This document shows positions 51,864 to 61,497 of a stretch of 64,000 nucleotides of DNA, piece after piece; the stretch's first letter is position 1, and each line of letters starts with the position of its first letter. The notes beneath the pieces were generated by a model, which was not told where the DNA came from, did not search any database, and saw only the letters and a list, made by a program, of their open reading frames with translations. Position numbers and translations under genes: made by a program. Source of the DNA: Phormidesmis sp. (GTDB lineage: Bacteria; Cyanobacteriota; Cyanobacteriia; Leptolyngbyales; Leptolyngbyaceae); assembly GCA_965248535.1 (NCBI GenBank), contig CBDFJR010000002.1:672001-736000 (forward strand), given 5' to 3'.

Positions 51864-53116
51864 GGTTTCACCTCGATCGGAACGGGTTGAGCCACAAATA
51901 AGCGATCGTTCTGCATCACTTGCCCTTTTTTGACCAAAATCCGAATCGCTTCGAGGGCTTGCAGCCGCGTCAAACCTAGATCGCTCTCAATCTGAGAAAG
52001 CTTAACGCCCTCTGATTTCAGCAGATATTGGTAGATGTCTTGTTCATAGTCAACCAACTCACGAGCCGCGCTGGGCGTGACTTCGGTTTCTAACTCAGTC
52101 AGTTCTCGAAAAAGTTCAGCGAGTTGCTCTTGAACGATCAAATCAGGAGTCGGAGTGGTGTCTGGGAGCGGCTTGAGCGCAGCCCCAAAGGAATCGGTGA
52201 CCAGCGTCTGTTTAGGAACGTCTATCAAGTCGTTGTGAATCAGGTCATTGAGCAGTTGCCACAGAATTTTAGTTGCCTCGTCGATCGGGATCGTGATCCG
52301 CGACAGCAAGATATCTGAGCAAATTTCTCGGAAATCAACATCCGTAGGTGAAACGGCGATCGTGTGCTCTTTGCAGACCTTGCCGATCACCAGACACGAT
52401 CTCAACCCAGAAATTTTGTCTCCCTGAGTTTTGGTGCGAAACGCCTTGACTAATCGCACAATCAACAGCGCACTGACGCGATCGATCTCGGTTTTTTGCA
52501 CCACGATCTCTTGCTGAGTTAGCTCATCAGGTTCTGGCATACTGATCGTCACCAGCCGATCCATCAAGGCATCTTGAGTAGCGTGCACCCCGTAATACTC
52601 TTCAGGATTAGAGGTGAGAATGGCGCGAAAATTCGGATCAACTCGAATATATTCGGTCTGATTGCTGCTTGGCGGCAACACCAAAAGCTTTTCTTCTAGA
52701 GCCGACAGCAACACATTGTTCACTTCAGGTCTAGAACGATTGAATTCGTCATAAATCAGGGTGAATCCTTCTCGACACGCCAGCGTCAAGCGAGAATCGA
52801 CCCAGTTTTGCCGCAGTTCGTCTTCAACTTTAATAACACTGTGAATGTAGTTATCGACGACTTTTTTGCGCGTGTAGCCAGACTGAGACCCAATTAAATC
52901 AGAACTCTTGGCCTCATCGTCGCCAAAAACCAGCATGATCGGGCGAGTCAACAGGTCTGCGAGGTGAAGCGCTAGCGTTGTCTTGCCCGTTCCGGCTGGG
53001 CCGCGGAGGTGGACTGAAAAACCAGATTGAAGATAGCGCAACGCTCGAATCGTAATCCGATCGATGGCGGGAGTGCTCACAAATCGGCGGGGGCTGGCAC
53101 GAAGAACGGTAGTCAC
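51860..53116 (-). CDS. gvpN: Gas vesicle AAA+ ATPase GvpN with C-terminal winged-helix-like extension
   Basis: Motifs [21 protein letters not shown] and TSNPEEY. Start GTG 53116 or TTG 53122. Confidence 0.93.
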   Translation of the reverse strand: MTTVLRASPRRFVSTPAIDRITIRALRYLQSGFSVHLRGPAGTGKTTLALHLADLLTRPIMLVFGDDEAKSSDLIGSQSGYTRKKVVDNYIHSVIKVEDELRQNWVDSRLTLACREGFTLIYDEFNRSRPEVNNVLLSALEEKLLVLPPSSNQTEYIRVDPNFRAILTSNPEEYYGVHATQDALMDRLVTISMPEPDELTQQEIVVQKTEIDRVSALLIVRLVKAFRTKTQGDKISGLRSCLVIGKVCKEHTIAVSPTDVDFREICSDILLSRITIPIDEATKILWQLLNDLIHNDLIDVPKQTLVTDSFGAALKPLPDTTPTPDLIVQEQLAELFRELTELETEVTPSAARELVDYEQDIYQYLLKSEGVKLSQIESDLGLTRLQALEAIRILVKKGQVMQNDRLFVAQPVPIEVKP

Positions 53117-53131
53117 GGGCAATCATCCTTG

Positions 53132-54310
53132 TCAAACAATAAAGTCTTCTTGAATTCGATAAACGCGATCGCGCTGAGTCACTAACCCTTTTTGCAGCAG
53201 CGATCGCAGCGTATCGACTACTTGAAAACGGCTAATTCCCATCGCTGACTCGATTTCAGTCAACCGAACCCCCTGCATCACCTCAATGTATTGATAAATT
53301 TTTTCCTCAAAAGCCGGATCGCTAATCGCGTTGATAGCAGGCTTGACCTCAGCCAGAGAAGCGGGTTGAGGCGTTTGAGTTGCAGGGCGGCTAACGGCTT
53401 TTTGCGCTGGTTTTTGCCCGATCGTTATGGGGGCGATCGCGGTCGGTGCCGGGCGAGTGGACAAAGCGCTTAAACCAGAAGACGACTGACGAGCAACAGG
53501 CTCAGAGGTCAGATCATGAGAAGCATCGTCTCCCCAAACCGTGCTTTTTAGCTCGGCTCGATAGTGGCGAAGCTGCGATCGAAAGTCTTCTAACCGCGAA
53601 AACAGAACGCGATGCTCGGTTTCTCGGTCAAGACGGCTCTGATCAAGGGTTTCAGCTAGCCGTGCAGCTTGCTCATGCCGCGCAGTTTGCACATCTGATA
53701 AATAATGGTGCACTTCAAACCGCAGATTCTCTGTAAAAGCCGCAAGATTGCGAGTCAGACGAATCTGAATTTTGAGGCGCTGCTGCCGACCTTGAGATAA
53801 GAGAGAATGCGTTTCTAGCTGCAAGTCTTGAATCTCTGCTTGAACATCTTGCCTCAAAGCCGTGACGGTTTCGTCAAGAACTGCCCGAAAGGTTTGCAGG
53901 TCGTCTGCCAATTGTTGAGCCATCATCTGCCGATCGGCTTCGGCGACGGTCAAAAAATCGGCTGTTTGATCCTGAAGTGCCTGGACAAATTCACGCAGTT
54001 GACTTGCGACTCGCTGAGATTGAGAGTGACGACGATCGCTGACGGTGGTGAGAAAGTCTTGAATCTCGCGGTGCCGTTCCATGCAGTGTTGCTGTAATTC
54101 TACAGAGAAGCGTTGAAATTCTATTGTGCGATCACGATCGGCACTGGCAAGCGTGACGCGAACTTGGCTGAGATCGCTACGCAGCGCAGAGGCAGACTCT
54201 TGACGGTCTTTTTGAACGATCGTCAGGGTCTCAAAAACCTGTTGGCGGCGTTGAGTAGCTTCGTGCTGGCGTTGCTGGCGTTGCTGCTGCCAGGAATCTT
54301 TCAAAGCCAT
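53132..54310 (-). CDS. gvpC: Gas vesicle protein GvpC-like, with Pro/Ser linker and C-terminal winged-helix-like domain
   Basis: Lies between gvpA and gvpN. Degenerate Gln-rich helical repeats, e.g. TADFLTVAEADRQMMAQQLADDLQTFRAVL. Confidence 0.82.
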   Translation of the reverse strand: MALKDSWQQQRQQRQHEATQRRQQVFETLTIVQKDRQESASALRSDLSQVRVTLASADRDRTIEFQRFSVELQQHCMERHREIQDFLTTVSDRRHSQSQRVASQLREFVQALQDQTADFLTVAEADRQMMAQQLADDLQTFRAVLDETVTALRQDVQAEIQDLQLETHSLLSQGRQQRLKIQIRLTRNLAAFTENLRFEVHHYLSDVQTARHEQAARLAETLDQSRLDRETEHRVLFSRLEDFRSQLRHYRAELKSTVWGDDASHDLTSEPVARQSSSGLSALSTRPAPTAIAPITIGQKPAQKAVSRPATQTPQPASLAEVKPAINAISDPAFEEKIYQYIEVMQGVRLTEIESAMGISRFQVVDTLRSLLQKGLVTQRDRVYRIQEDFIV

Positions 54311-54397
54311 GATGGTGGGCTTCCTTATTAAATCTGGCGGTTACTCATGCTGAAAAACTGAGGAGCAAGTCTGCCCCCCAGTCGTTAGGATCGATCC

Positions 54398-54616
54398 CTA
54401 GCTTGCAGGAACGGCTGCTTGAGAGGTCAAACCGACTGCTTCTGCATATTTCAAGTAGGTTTCGACGGATGCAATCACGACACGAGCCTCGATCGCCAAT
54501 AGCTCAATGCCTACGAGAGAGACGCGAACCCAAGCATCAATGACAATGCCTTTGTCAAGAATGCGATCGACCACTTCAGCCAGACTAGACGAAGAGTTTA
54601 CTTTTTCAACAGCCAT
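54398..54616 (-). CDS. gvpA: Major gas vesicle structural protein GvpA
   Basis: [40 protein letters not shown]...[10 protein letters not shown], 72 aa. Confidence 0.98.
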   Translation of the reverse strand: MAVEKVNSSSSLAEVVDRILDKGIVIDAWVRVSLVGIELLAIEARVVIASVETYLKYAEAVGLTSQAAVPAS

Positions 54617-54887
54617 GGTTGTAATTCCCTGAGAGTGCGGTGATTTTAATCGGCCTAGCCTTCGCTTTAGACTTGCTTCAGAGGTTTCGGCTTCTACTGT
54701 TAAGGTAAGCTTCACATCCCCCAAACTCGCATAGCGCAAACACTGAACCTACCGAGGTAAGCTTTTCGATAAGTAGCGAAATCACTGACTCTTTTCGTTT
54801 GATTCCAATCTCAATTCTCACTTTTCACCGATTGCTTAAGCTCAGTGCAGGTATTTTCAACGAGAAACCCCCTACTGATTTATCTAG

Positions 54888-56708
54888 CTAAGATGAACCA
54901 GTCCGACGCTGACTGAGCAGGGTTTGATAAGCCGCCATAAAGTCAGCCATTGTGATTTGAATGCAAAGCGGGTCGGTTAGCCCTTGGGTGCGATAACGAC
55001 GAATGGCTTCTAGCGCCGCTTGGTTGCTGAGAAGGGCCAAGTCTGCACCGTTCCAGCCTGTGGTTTGATGCGCTAGGCTCGTTAAGTCAACGTCTGCGAG
55101 GGGACGATCGCGGTTATGAACTTGCAAAATCGATCGCCGACTCGTTTCATCTGGCAAGTCTACTTTTAGCTGAAGATCAAGCCGTCCGGCTCTCAATAGG
55201 GCTGGATCGATCGCGTCAGGGCGGTTGGTGGCTCCGATCAGCAGTACATCCACACAGGCTTGCAGACCATCTAGCTCTGTCAAGAGTTGACCGACCACCC
55301 GATCGCTCACGCCAGAATCGCCATTAAATTTTCCGCGCACCGGAGCTAACGTATCAATTTCGTCAATAAAAATTACGCAGGGAGAAGCTTGGCGCGCTTT
55401 GGCAAAGAGGTCTCTCACCTCTTGTTCGGCTGCGCCCACCCAGCGACTTAACAACTCAGCCCCGTTGATGGCGATAAAGTTGGCTCTGGCTTGAGACGCG
55501 ATCGCTTTAGCCAGCAATGTTTTTCCAGTTCCTGGCGGACCCCACAGCAAAATTCCACGAGGAGCCTTTGCGCCTGTCTGCTGATAGAGTTCGGGATACA
55601 GCAACGCCCCTTCGACCGATTCTTGCAGGGTTTGCTTAATGTCTTTTAAGCCACCAATTTCATCCCACGAGAGATTGGGCGACTCGATTTCGACCGATCG
55701 CAGCACCGAGGGTTTTATCTCTCTCAGAGCGTGCAGAAAGTCAGATGGCTCGATTGTCATCACCTCTGGGAGCGGCGCTTGAAGTGACGGCACTTGCCGA
55801 CGCAGCGCGGTGTAAGCGGCTTTCTGGCAGACTGCTTTGAGATCAGCGCCCACCATGCCCACGGAGAGATCGGCGATCGTGCCCAAGTCTACGGCTCGAT
55901 CGAGCGGCATTGCACGAGTGAGAATCGTGAGAATCTCTAGCCGCCCGTTGCGATCGGGCACCCGATATTGCACTTCACGATCAAACCGACCCGGCCGACG
56001 CAATGCCGGATCGAGATGATCGGGGCGGTTGGTGGCAGCCAGCACGATTACGCCTTCGGTGCGCGCAAAGCCATCCATTAACGTCAGCAGTTGGGCAACG
56101 ACGCGCTTTTCGACTTCGCCTTCGACTTTGCTGCGATCGGGGGCGAGACTGTCTATTTCATCAATAAAAATCAGGCAAGGAGCCGCTTTTGCAGCTTTCT
56201 CAAACACGCCTCGCAAGCGCGTTTCGGCCTCTCCGTAATATTTGCCCATGATTTCCGGCCCGGCGATCGCGATGTAGCTCACGCCCAATTCTTCAGCTAA
56301 AACGCGAGCCGTCAAGGTTTTTCCAGTTCCCGGCGGGCCGACCAGCAAAACGCCTTTGACCGCTTCTAACCCCAGCCTCGCCAACAAATCAGGACGCTTG
56401 AGAGGAATCTCAATCAGTTCTTTGAGTTCTTTCATGACCTCTCCCAATCCCCCCACATCCTTTAAAGAAGCCGGGTTGTCTTGACTGGGAGGAGTCACCA
56501 CCACCTCTGGCTCTTTAACCGAGGCGGCATCGTCTACTCGGATGCGACTCACGCCAACACTGCTGGGACTATTGCCCCGACGCGGAATGCTGCTGAGATG
56601 GCGGGAATTAATCTGAATATCCGTCTTGAGTTCTCCCTTCTCAGCTTTTTCTTCTAACGCTTTAGCTAGTTCTAATAACTGCTCGAACCCTTTAAAAAAA
56701 TCACTCAT
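54888..56708 (-). CDS. Cdc48/p97-like tandem AAA+ ATPase lacking the canonical N-domain
   Basis: Two GPPGTGKT/FIDEID modules, pore loops GKYYGE and SRWVG, SRH motifs DPALRRPGRFD and DPALLRAGRLD. Confidence 0.9.
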   Translation of the reverse strand: MSDFFKGFEQLLELAKALEEKAEKGELKTDIQINSRHLSSIPRRGNSPSSVGVSRIRVDDAASVKEPEVVVTPPSQDNPASLKDVGGLGEVMKELKELIEIPLKRPDLLARLGLEAVKGVLLVGPPGTGKTLTARVLAEELGVSYIAIAGPEIMGKYYGEAETRLRGVFEKAAKAAPCLIFIDEIDSLAPDRSKVEGEVEKRVVAQLLTLMDGFARTEGVIVLAATNRPDHLDPALRRPGRFDREVQYRVPDRNGRLEILTILTRAMPLDRAVDLGTIADLSVGMVGADLKAVCQKAAYTALRRQVPSLQAPLPEVMTIEPSDFLHALREIKPSVLRSVEIESPNLSWDEIGGLKDIKQTLQESVEGALLYPELYQQTGAKAPRGILLWGPPGTGKTLLAKAIASQARANFIAINGAELLSRWVGAAEQEVRDLFAKARQASPCVIFIDEIDTLAPVRGKFNGDSGVSDRVVGQLLTELDGLQACVDVLLIGATNRPDAIDPALLRAGRLDLQLKVDLPDETSRRSILQVHNRDRPLADVDLTSLAHQTTGWNGADLALLSNQAALEAIRRYRTQGLTDPLCIQITMADFMAAYQTLLSQRRTGSS

Positions 56709-56862
56709 TGGCTCATAGCGCTCTACGCAAAATGGGTTGATCAAAGAATCTCGATCGCCGTCTCCTTTCAGCCCGAAGCATGGGGAAACCTAAGATCAAG
56801 TGTTCCCCGAAAGACTTTTCCGAGATCCTTCTCCCTGTTGCAGACCTTATCAAAGCGCCCTT

Positions 56863-58758
56863 ATGAACCAATTTGACTCGCTGAATCTCGTCATGTTTAG
56901 CGGTAAAGGAGGAGTCGGAAAAACAACGATCTCCTGTGGGTTTGCTCGACGATGGGCAAAACAGTTTCCTGACGAAAAGATTTTGCTGCTGTCTACCGAT
57001 CCGGCTCATTCTCTAGGGGATGTGCTGCAACTAGAAGTCAGCAATGCTCCGCAGTCAGCCCAAGATTTGCCTAACTTAAGCATTAGGGCGCTAGATGCCG
57101 AAGTGCTGCTGCAAGACTTTAAAACGCTCTATGGAACCGTGCTAGAACTGCTGGTGGAGCGAGGCAGCTTTGTTCAAAAAGAGGACTTGTCGCCGATTTG
57201 GGATTTGAGTTGGCCTGGGCTTGACGAACTCATGGGCATTTTAGAAATTCAGCGATTGCTGCGAGAAAAAGTCGTCGATCGCGTCGTTGTAGACATGGCT
57301 CCTAGCGGCCACACATTAAATCTCTTCAGCTTGATGGATTTTCTAGATGAATTTTTGGCCGCCCTGGCGCTATTTCAAGAAAAGCATCAAGTGATTCGTC
57401 AGACTTTCACAGGGCGCTACACGTCAGATGAGGCCGATCAGTTCTTATCAGAGATGAAATCAGATCTCGCAAACGGGCGGCAACTCCTGCAAGATCAAAC
57501 CCAAACCGCCTGCTTAGTGGTCGCGATCGCTGAGTGGATGAGTCTCTTAGAAACTAAGCGATTTCTAGAGGCGCTAGAAGTGCTTCACATTCCCTTCGGG
57601 GGCTTGTTCATCAATCAAATTCTGTCGCCCACCAGCAGCGCCGAGCCATACGGCGATCAGCAGCACATTATTGTTAAGTTTCTCGATTTGATCAGATCCG
57701 AGCCAGTTCTGATCTCCTTTCAACAGCCTTCAGAGCCGATCGGGGCGGTGGCGATCGACCAATTAATCAGCCAAGTCCAGATCCCAGATACGCCATCTTC
57801 TCAGCTAGTTTCGCAACCGACTGAGTTTCCCCAACCCCTTTCACCGGGTCTGGGAGACTTTATAGCCGAAGGTCGGCAACTGATCATCGTGGGTGGAAAA
57901 GGCGGAGTGGGCAAAACGACGGTAGCGGCAGCGATCGCTTGGGGCATGGCACACCAGCATCCTGAAAAGAACGTTCGGGTGATCTCGATCGATCCGGCTC
58001 ATTCCTTAGGCGACGCACTGGGAACTCAGCTTGAACATTTGCCGACATCCGTGACCGCAAATCTGAGCGCTCAAGAAATCGATGCTCATCAAGTTCTTGA
58101 ACAATTTCGAGAAGACTATCTCTGGGAACTTGCAGAGATGATGAGTGGTGAATCTAGCACAGCAGACAGCAGCCTCAAGATTGCCTATGCCCCAGAAGCG
58201 TGGCGAAGAATCGTTTCTCAAGCACTTCCAGGCATTGACGAAATGCTGTCTCTGATTAGAGTCATGGAGTTATTAGAGTCTAAAGAACAAGATTTAATTG
58301 TTCTAGACAGCGCTCCTACTGGGCATTTGCTGCGATTTTTAGAAATGCCAACCGCTCTGGGTGACTGGTTGTCGTGGATCTTTAAACTGTGGATCAAATA
58401 TCAAGACGTGCTGGGACGCACAGAGTTAATGGGGCGGCTCCGCACTCTGCGCCAGCGAGTGATGCAGACTCAAAAAAAGCTGAAAGACCCTCAGCACACA
58501 GAGTTTATTGGTGTGTTTCAGTCACGATCGGCGATTGTTGCCGAAACAAAACGACTCTCAGACTCTCTGACAACCCTGGGCATTAGCCAGCGCTATCTAG
58601 TCAACAATCGGTGTGAACCAGAGAATCTGATTTCGGCGAGTCTTTTTCCGAGTCAAGCGATCGTGCATTTGCCCCGGCTGCCGCGCTCAATTCCTCCCGC
58701 CGAACAGGTTGCAGGAGCCGCTCATCTGCTTTTCTCTAAGATTGACGATAATCGATGA
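56863..58758 (+). CDS. Tandem-domain ArsA/Get3 (TRC40) family ATPase
   Basis: Two copies each of GKGGVGKTT, DPAHSLGD, PG(L/I)DE and D(M/S)AP(S/T)GH. Confidence 0.9.
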   Translation: MNQFDSLNLVMFSGKGGVGKTTISCGFARRWAKQFPDEKILLLSTDPAHSLGDVLQLEVSNAPQSAQDLPNLSIRALDAEVLLQDFKTLYGTVLELLVERGSFVQKEDLSPIWDLSWPGLDELMGILEIQRLLREKVVDRVVVDMAPSGHTLNLFSLMDFLDEFLAALALFQEKHQVIRQTFTGRYTSDEADQFLSEMKSDLANGRQLLQDQTQTACLVVAIAEWMSLLETKRFLEALEVLHIPFGGLFINQILSPTSSAEPYGDQQHIIVKFLDLIRSEPVLISFQQPSEPIGAVAIDQLISQVQIPDTPSSQLVSQPTEFPQPLSPGLGDFIAEGRQLIIVGGKGGVGKTTVAAAIAWGMAHQHPEKNVRVISIDPAHSLGDALGTQLEHLPTSVTANLSAQEIDAHQVLEQFREDYLWELAEMMSGESSTADSSLKIAYAPEAWRRIVSQALPGIDEMLSLIRVMELLESKEQDLIVLDSAPTGHLLRFLEMPTALGDWLSWIFKLWIKYQDVLGRTELMGRLRTLRQRVMQTQKKLKDPQHTEFIGVFQSRSAIVAETKRLSDSLTTLGISQRYLVNNRCEPENLISASLFPSQAIVHLPRLPRSIPPAEQVAGAAHLLFSKIDDNR

Positions 58759-58844
58759 TAGTTCGGAAGAGCACTTGGTTTCTACTACACGATCGCCCTT
58801 TTGAGAAACATGAGAAGACCTTTCTACAAATATTGTGAGAATCC

Positions 58845-58873
58845 TTTACAAAGCTTAAAGTCTCGTTTATTGT
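58845..58873 (+). promoter_or_regulatory. psbA promoter
   Basis: TTTACA-N17-TATTGT about 60 nt upstream of the ATG, typical of cyanobacterial psbA promoters. Confidence 0.65.
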
Positions 58874-58933
58874 AGAGAGGTAGGTCGGGAAACCGCCCTG
58901 CCACCCATACATTCCAAAGCACTCATTATTACC

Positions 58934-60016
58934 ATGACAACTACGATTCAAAGACGCGAAAGCGCCAACCTGTGGGAGCAGTTTTGCTCTTGGGTCACCA
59001 GCACCGACAACCGCCTGTATGTAGGCTGGTTCGGGGTTCTGATGATTCCCACCCTACTTTCTGCGACCATCTGCTTCATCATCGCGTTCATCGCAGCGCC
59101 TCCTGTAGACATCGACGGCATCCGCGAGCCAGTAGCCGGTTCCTTAATGTACGGCAACAACATCATCTCCGGTGCTGTGGTTCCGTCCTCTAACGCCATT
59201 GGCTTACACTTCTACCCGATTTGGGAAGCCGCATCCTTAGACGAGTGGCTGTACAACGGCGGACCTTACCAACTCGTGGTTCTGCACTTCCTGCTCGGCA
59301 TCTTCTGCTACATGGGACGTGAGTGGGAACTGTCCTACCGACTCGGCATGCGTCCGTGGATCTGCGTCGCTTACTCCGCACCTGTGGCGGCTGCAACGGC
59401 GGTCTTCTTGATCTACCCGATCGGACAAGGGTCTTTCTCGGACGGCATGCCCCTCGGCATCAGTGGCACGTTCAACTTCATGTTAGTGTTTCAAGCCGAG
59501 CACAACATCTTGATGCACCCCTTCCACATGTTGGGAGTCGCTGGAGTCTTCGGTGGTAGCTTATTCAGTGCCATGCACGGTTCGTTGGTGACCTCCTCGC
59601 TAGTGAGAGAGACGACCGAGAACGAATCGCAGAATGCAGGCTACAAGTTTGGGCAAGAAGAAGAGACCTACAACATCGTGGCAGCGCACGGCTACTTCGG
59701 TCGGTTGATCTTCCAATACGCGTCGTTTAACAACTCACGTTCCTTGCACTTCCTGCTCGGCGCATGGCCAGTCGTAGGCATCTGGTTCACGGCACTGGGC
59801 GTGAGCACGATGGCATTCAACCTGAACGGGTTCAACTTCAACCAGAGCATCATCGACTCTCAGGGTCGAGTGGTGAGCACCTGGGCAGATGTGATCAACC
59901 GTGCCAACTTGGGGATGGAAGTGATGCACGAGCGGAACGCTCACAACTTCCCTCTAGATTTGGCATCGGGAGATGCGGCACCTGTCGCACTCTCTGCGCC
60001 TTCCATCCACGGATAA
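58934..60016 (+). CDS. psbA: Photosystem II D1 protein (Glu130, high-light-type isoform)
   Basis: 360 aa. Y161, D170, E189, H332, E333, D342 and A344 are intact; E130. Confidence 0.99.
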   Translation: MTTTIQRRESANLWEQFCSWVTSTDNRLYVGWFGVLMIPTLLSATICFIIAFIAAPPVDIDGIREPVAGSLMYGNNIISGAVVPSSNAIGLHFYPIWEAASLDEWLYNGGPYQLVVLHFLLGIFCYMGREWELSYRLGMRPWICVAYSAPVAAATAVFLIYPIGQGSFSDGMPLGISGTFNFMLVFQAEHNILMHPFHMLGVAGVFGGSLFSAMHGSLVTSSLVRETTENESQNAGYKFGQEEETYNIVAAHGYFGRLIFQYASFNNSRSLHFLLGAWPVVGIWFTALGVSTMAFNLNGFNFNQSIIDSQGRVVSTWADVINRANLGMEVMHERNAHNFPLDLASGDAAPVALSAPSIHG

Positions 60017-60045
60017 TCTCAGCTTCGGTTGAGTGAGTCTGAATC

Positions 60046-60079
60046 AAAAAAGCCCTCCACATCGCGTGGAGGGCTTTTT
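60046..60079. terminator. Bidirectional intrinsic terminator between psbA and miaB
   Basis: AAAAAAGCCCTCCAC-ATCGC-GTGGAGGGCTTTTT. Confidence 0.9.
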
Positions 60080-60096
60080 AGGTTTTTTAATCTGAT

Positions 60097-61455
60097 CTAA
60101 GGCTGTAGACAAGCTGTAACTAAGGGTTCTGCGGTGAGGCTGAACGATCGTACCTGAGTGATTTTGACTTTAACTAACTGGCCTCTTAGGTTGCTGATAT
60201 CCCCTGCAAAAAAGGTGAGACGATTGCCACGAGTGCGTCCCATGACTTGAGTCGGATCTTTAAGATTTTGATCTTCGACTAAGATCTCTTCAACCCGATC
60301 GTGATATCGCTGCGATCGCTCTGCTGCTTGAGTGCTGCCCAGATGATTAATGCGTTGCAGTCGGTCTTTTTTTACGTCTTCACTTAGCTGATTGTCCCAA
60401 AGGGCGGCTGGGGTGCCGGGTCGAGGCGAGTAGGCGGCAGTGTTGATCAGGTCGAAGCCGATGTCTTCAATTAGCTTGAGGGTGTTTTCAAATTGGGCTT
60501 CGGTTTCGCCAGGGAACCCCACGATCGCGTCGGCACTGATGGAGGCATCGGGCATATAGCTGCGAATGGTTTCAATAATGCGGCGATATTTTTCGTGGGT
60601 GTAGCCCCTTGCCATTGCTTTGAGGAGATCGTTGTCACCGGACTGAAAGGGAATGTGAAAGTGTTCGCAGACTTTGGGCAGTTCGGCACAGGCGCGGATC
60701 AGGCGCTCGGTGAAGTAGCGAGGATGACTAGTGGCAAACCGAATGCGATCGATGCCTGGCACGTCGTGAACGTGGTAAAGCAAATCGGTCAGGGTGTTTT
60801 TGTGTCGTCCTTCGGGGGTGGTTCCGGGCAAGTCGCGACCATAGGCATCGATATTTTGCCCTAATAGGGTGATTTCTTTGTAGCCTTGTTGCCCCAATTC
60901 TTCCATTTCGGCTCGAATCGCGTCGGGGGTGCGAGATTGTTCGACTCCGCGCACGCTGGGAACTACGCAGTAAGTACAGCGCTCGTTGCAGCCGTAGATG
61001 ACGTTGACCCAGGCGCTAACGCGGCTGTCACGGCGGGGTTTGGTGATGTCTTCAACAATGTGAATGGGGTCGGTGGCGACGACTTGGTTGCCGTTAAACA
61101 CTTGCTCTAACAGGTCTTCTAGACGGTTGGCGTGTTGGGGGCCCATTACGAGGTCGAGTTCTGGAACGCGGCGCAAGAGGGTTTCGCCTTCTTGTTGGGC
61201 GACACATCCCGCCACGATTAACGTGAGGTTGGGATTTTCGTGCTTGCGGGCGGCTTGTTTGCCCAGGTGAGAATAAACTTTTTGCTCGGCGTTGTCGCGA
61301 ATTGAGCAGGTGTTATAGAGAACGAGATCTGCATTGAGGGCTTCTTCTGTCCACTCGTAGCCCATGACTTCTAGGATGCCAGCCATGCGCTCGGAGTCGG
61401 CTTTGTTCATCTGACATCCGAAGGTGGTGATATGGTAGCGGCGACGATCGGGCAT
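60097..61455 (-). CDS. miaB: tRNA-2-methylthio-N6-dimethylallyladenosine synthase
   Basis: Motifs TFGCQMN, NTCSIR, GCVAQ, radical [11 protein letters not shown] and TRAM domain. Confidence 0.96.
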   Translation of the reverse strand: MPDRRRYHITTFGCQMNKADSERMAGILEVMGYEWTEEALNADLVLYNTCSIRDNAEQKVYSHLGKQAARKHENPNLTLIVAGCVAQQEGETLLRRVPELDLVMGPQHANRLEDLLEQVFNGNQVVATDPIHIVEDITKPRRDSRVSAWVNVIYGCNERCTYCVVPSVRGVEQSRTPDAIRAEMEELGQQGYKEITLLGQNIDAYGRDLPGTTPEGRHKNTLTDLLYHVHDVPGIDRIRFATSHPRYFTERLIRACAELPKVCEHFHIPFQSGDNDLLKAMARGYTHEKYRRIIETIRSYMPDASISADAIVGFPGETEAQFENTLKLIEDIGFDLINTAAYSPRPGTPAALWDNQLSEDVKKDRLQRINHLGSTQAAERSQRYHDRVEEILVEDQNLKDPTQVMGRTRGNRLTFFAGDISNLRGQLVKVKITQVRSFSLTAEPLVTACLQP

Positions 61456-61497
61456 GGGGTTCAAAGATAACAGTCAGCGATCCATTCTAGAGTGTTT

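Noticed and set aside
56863..58758. Arsenic resistance locus
   Set aside because: No ars partner genes, and the metalloid-binding cysteine motif is absent.
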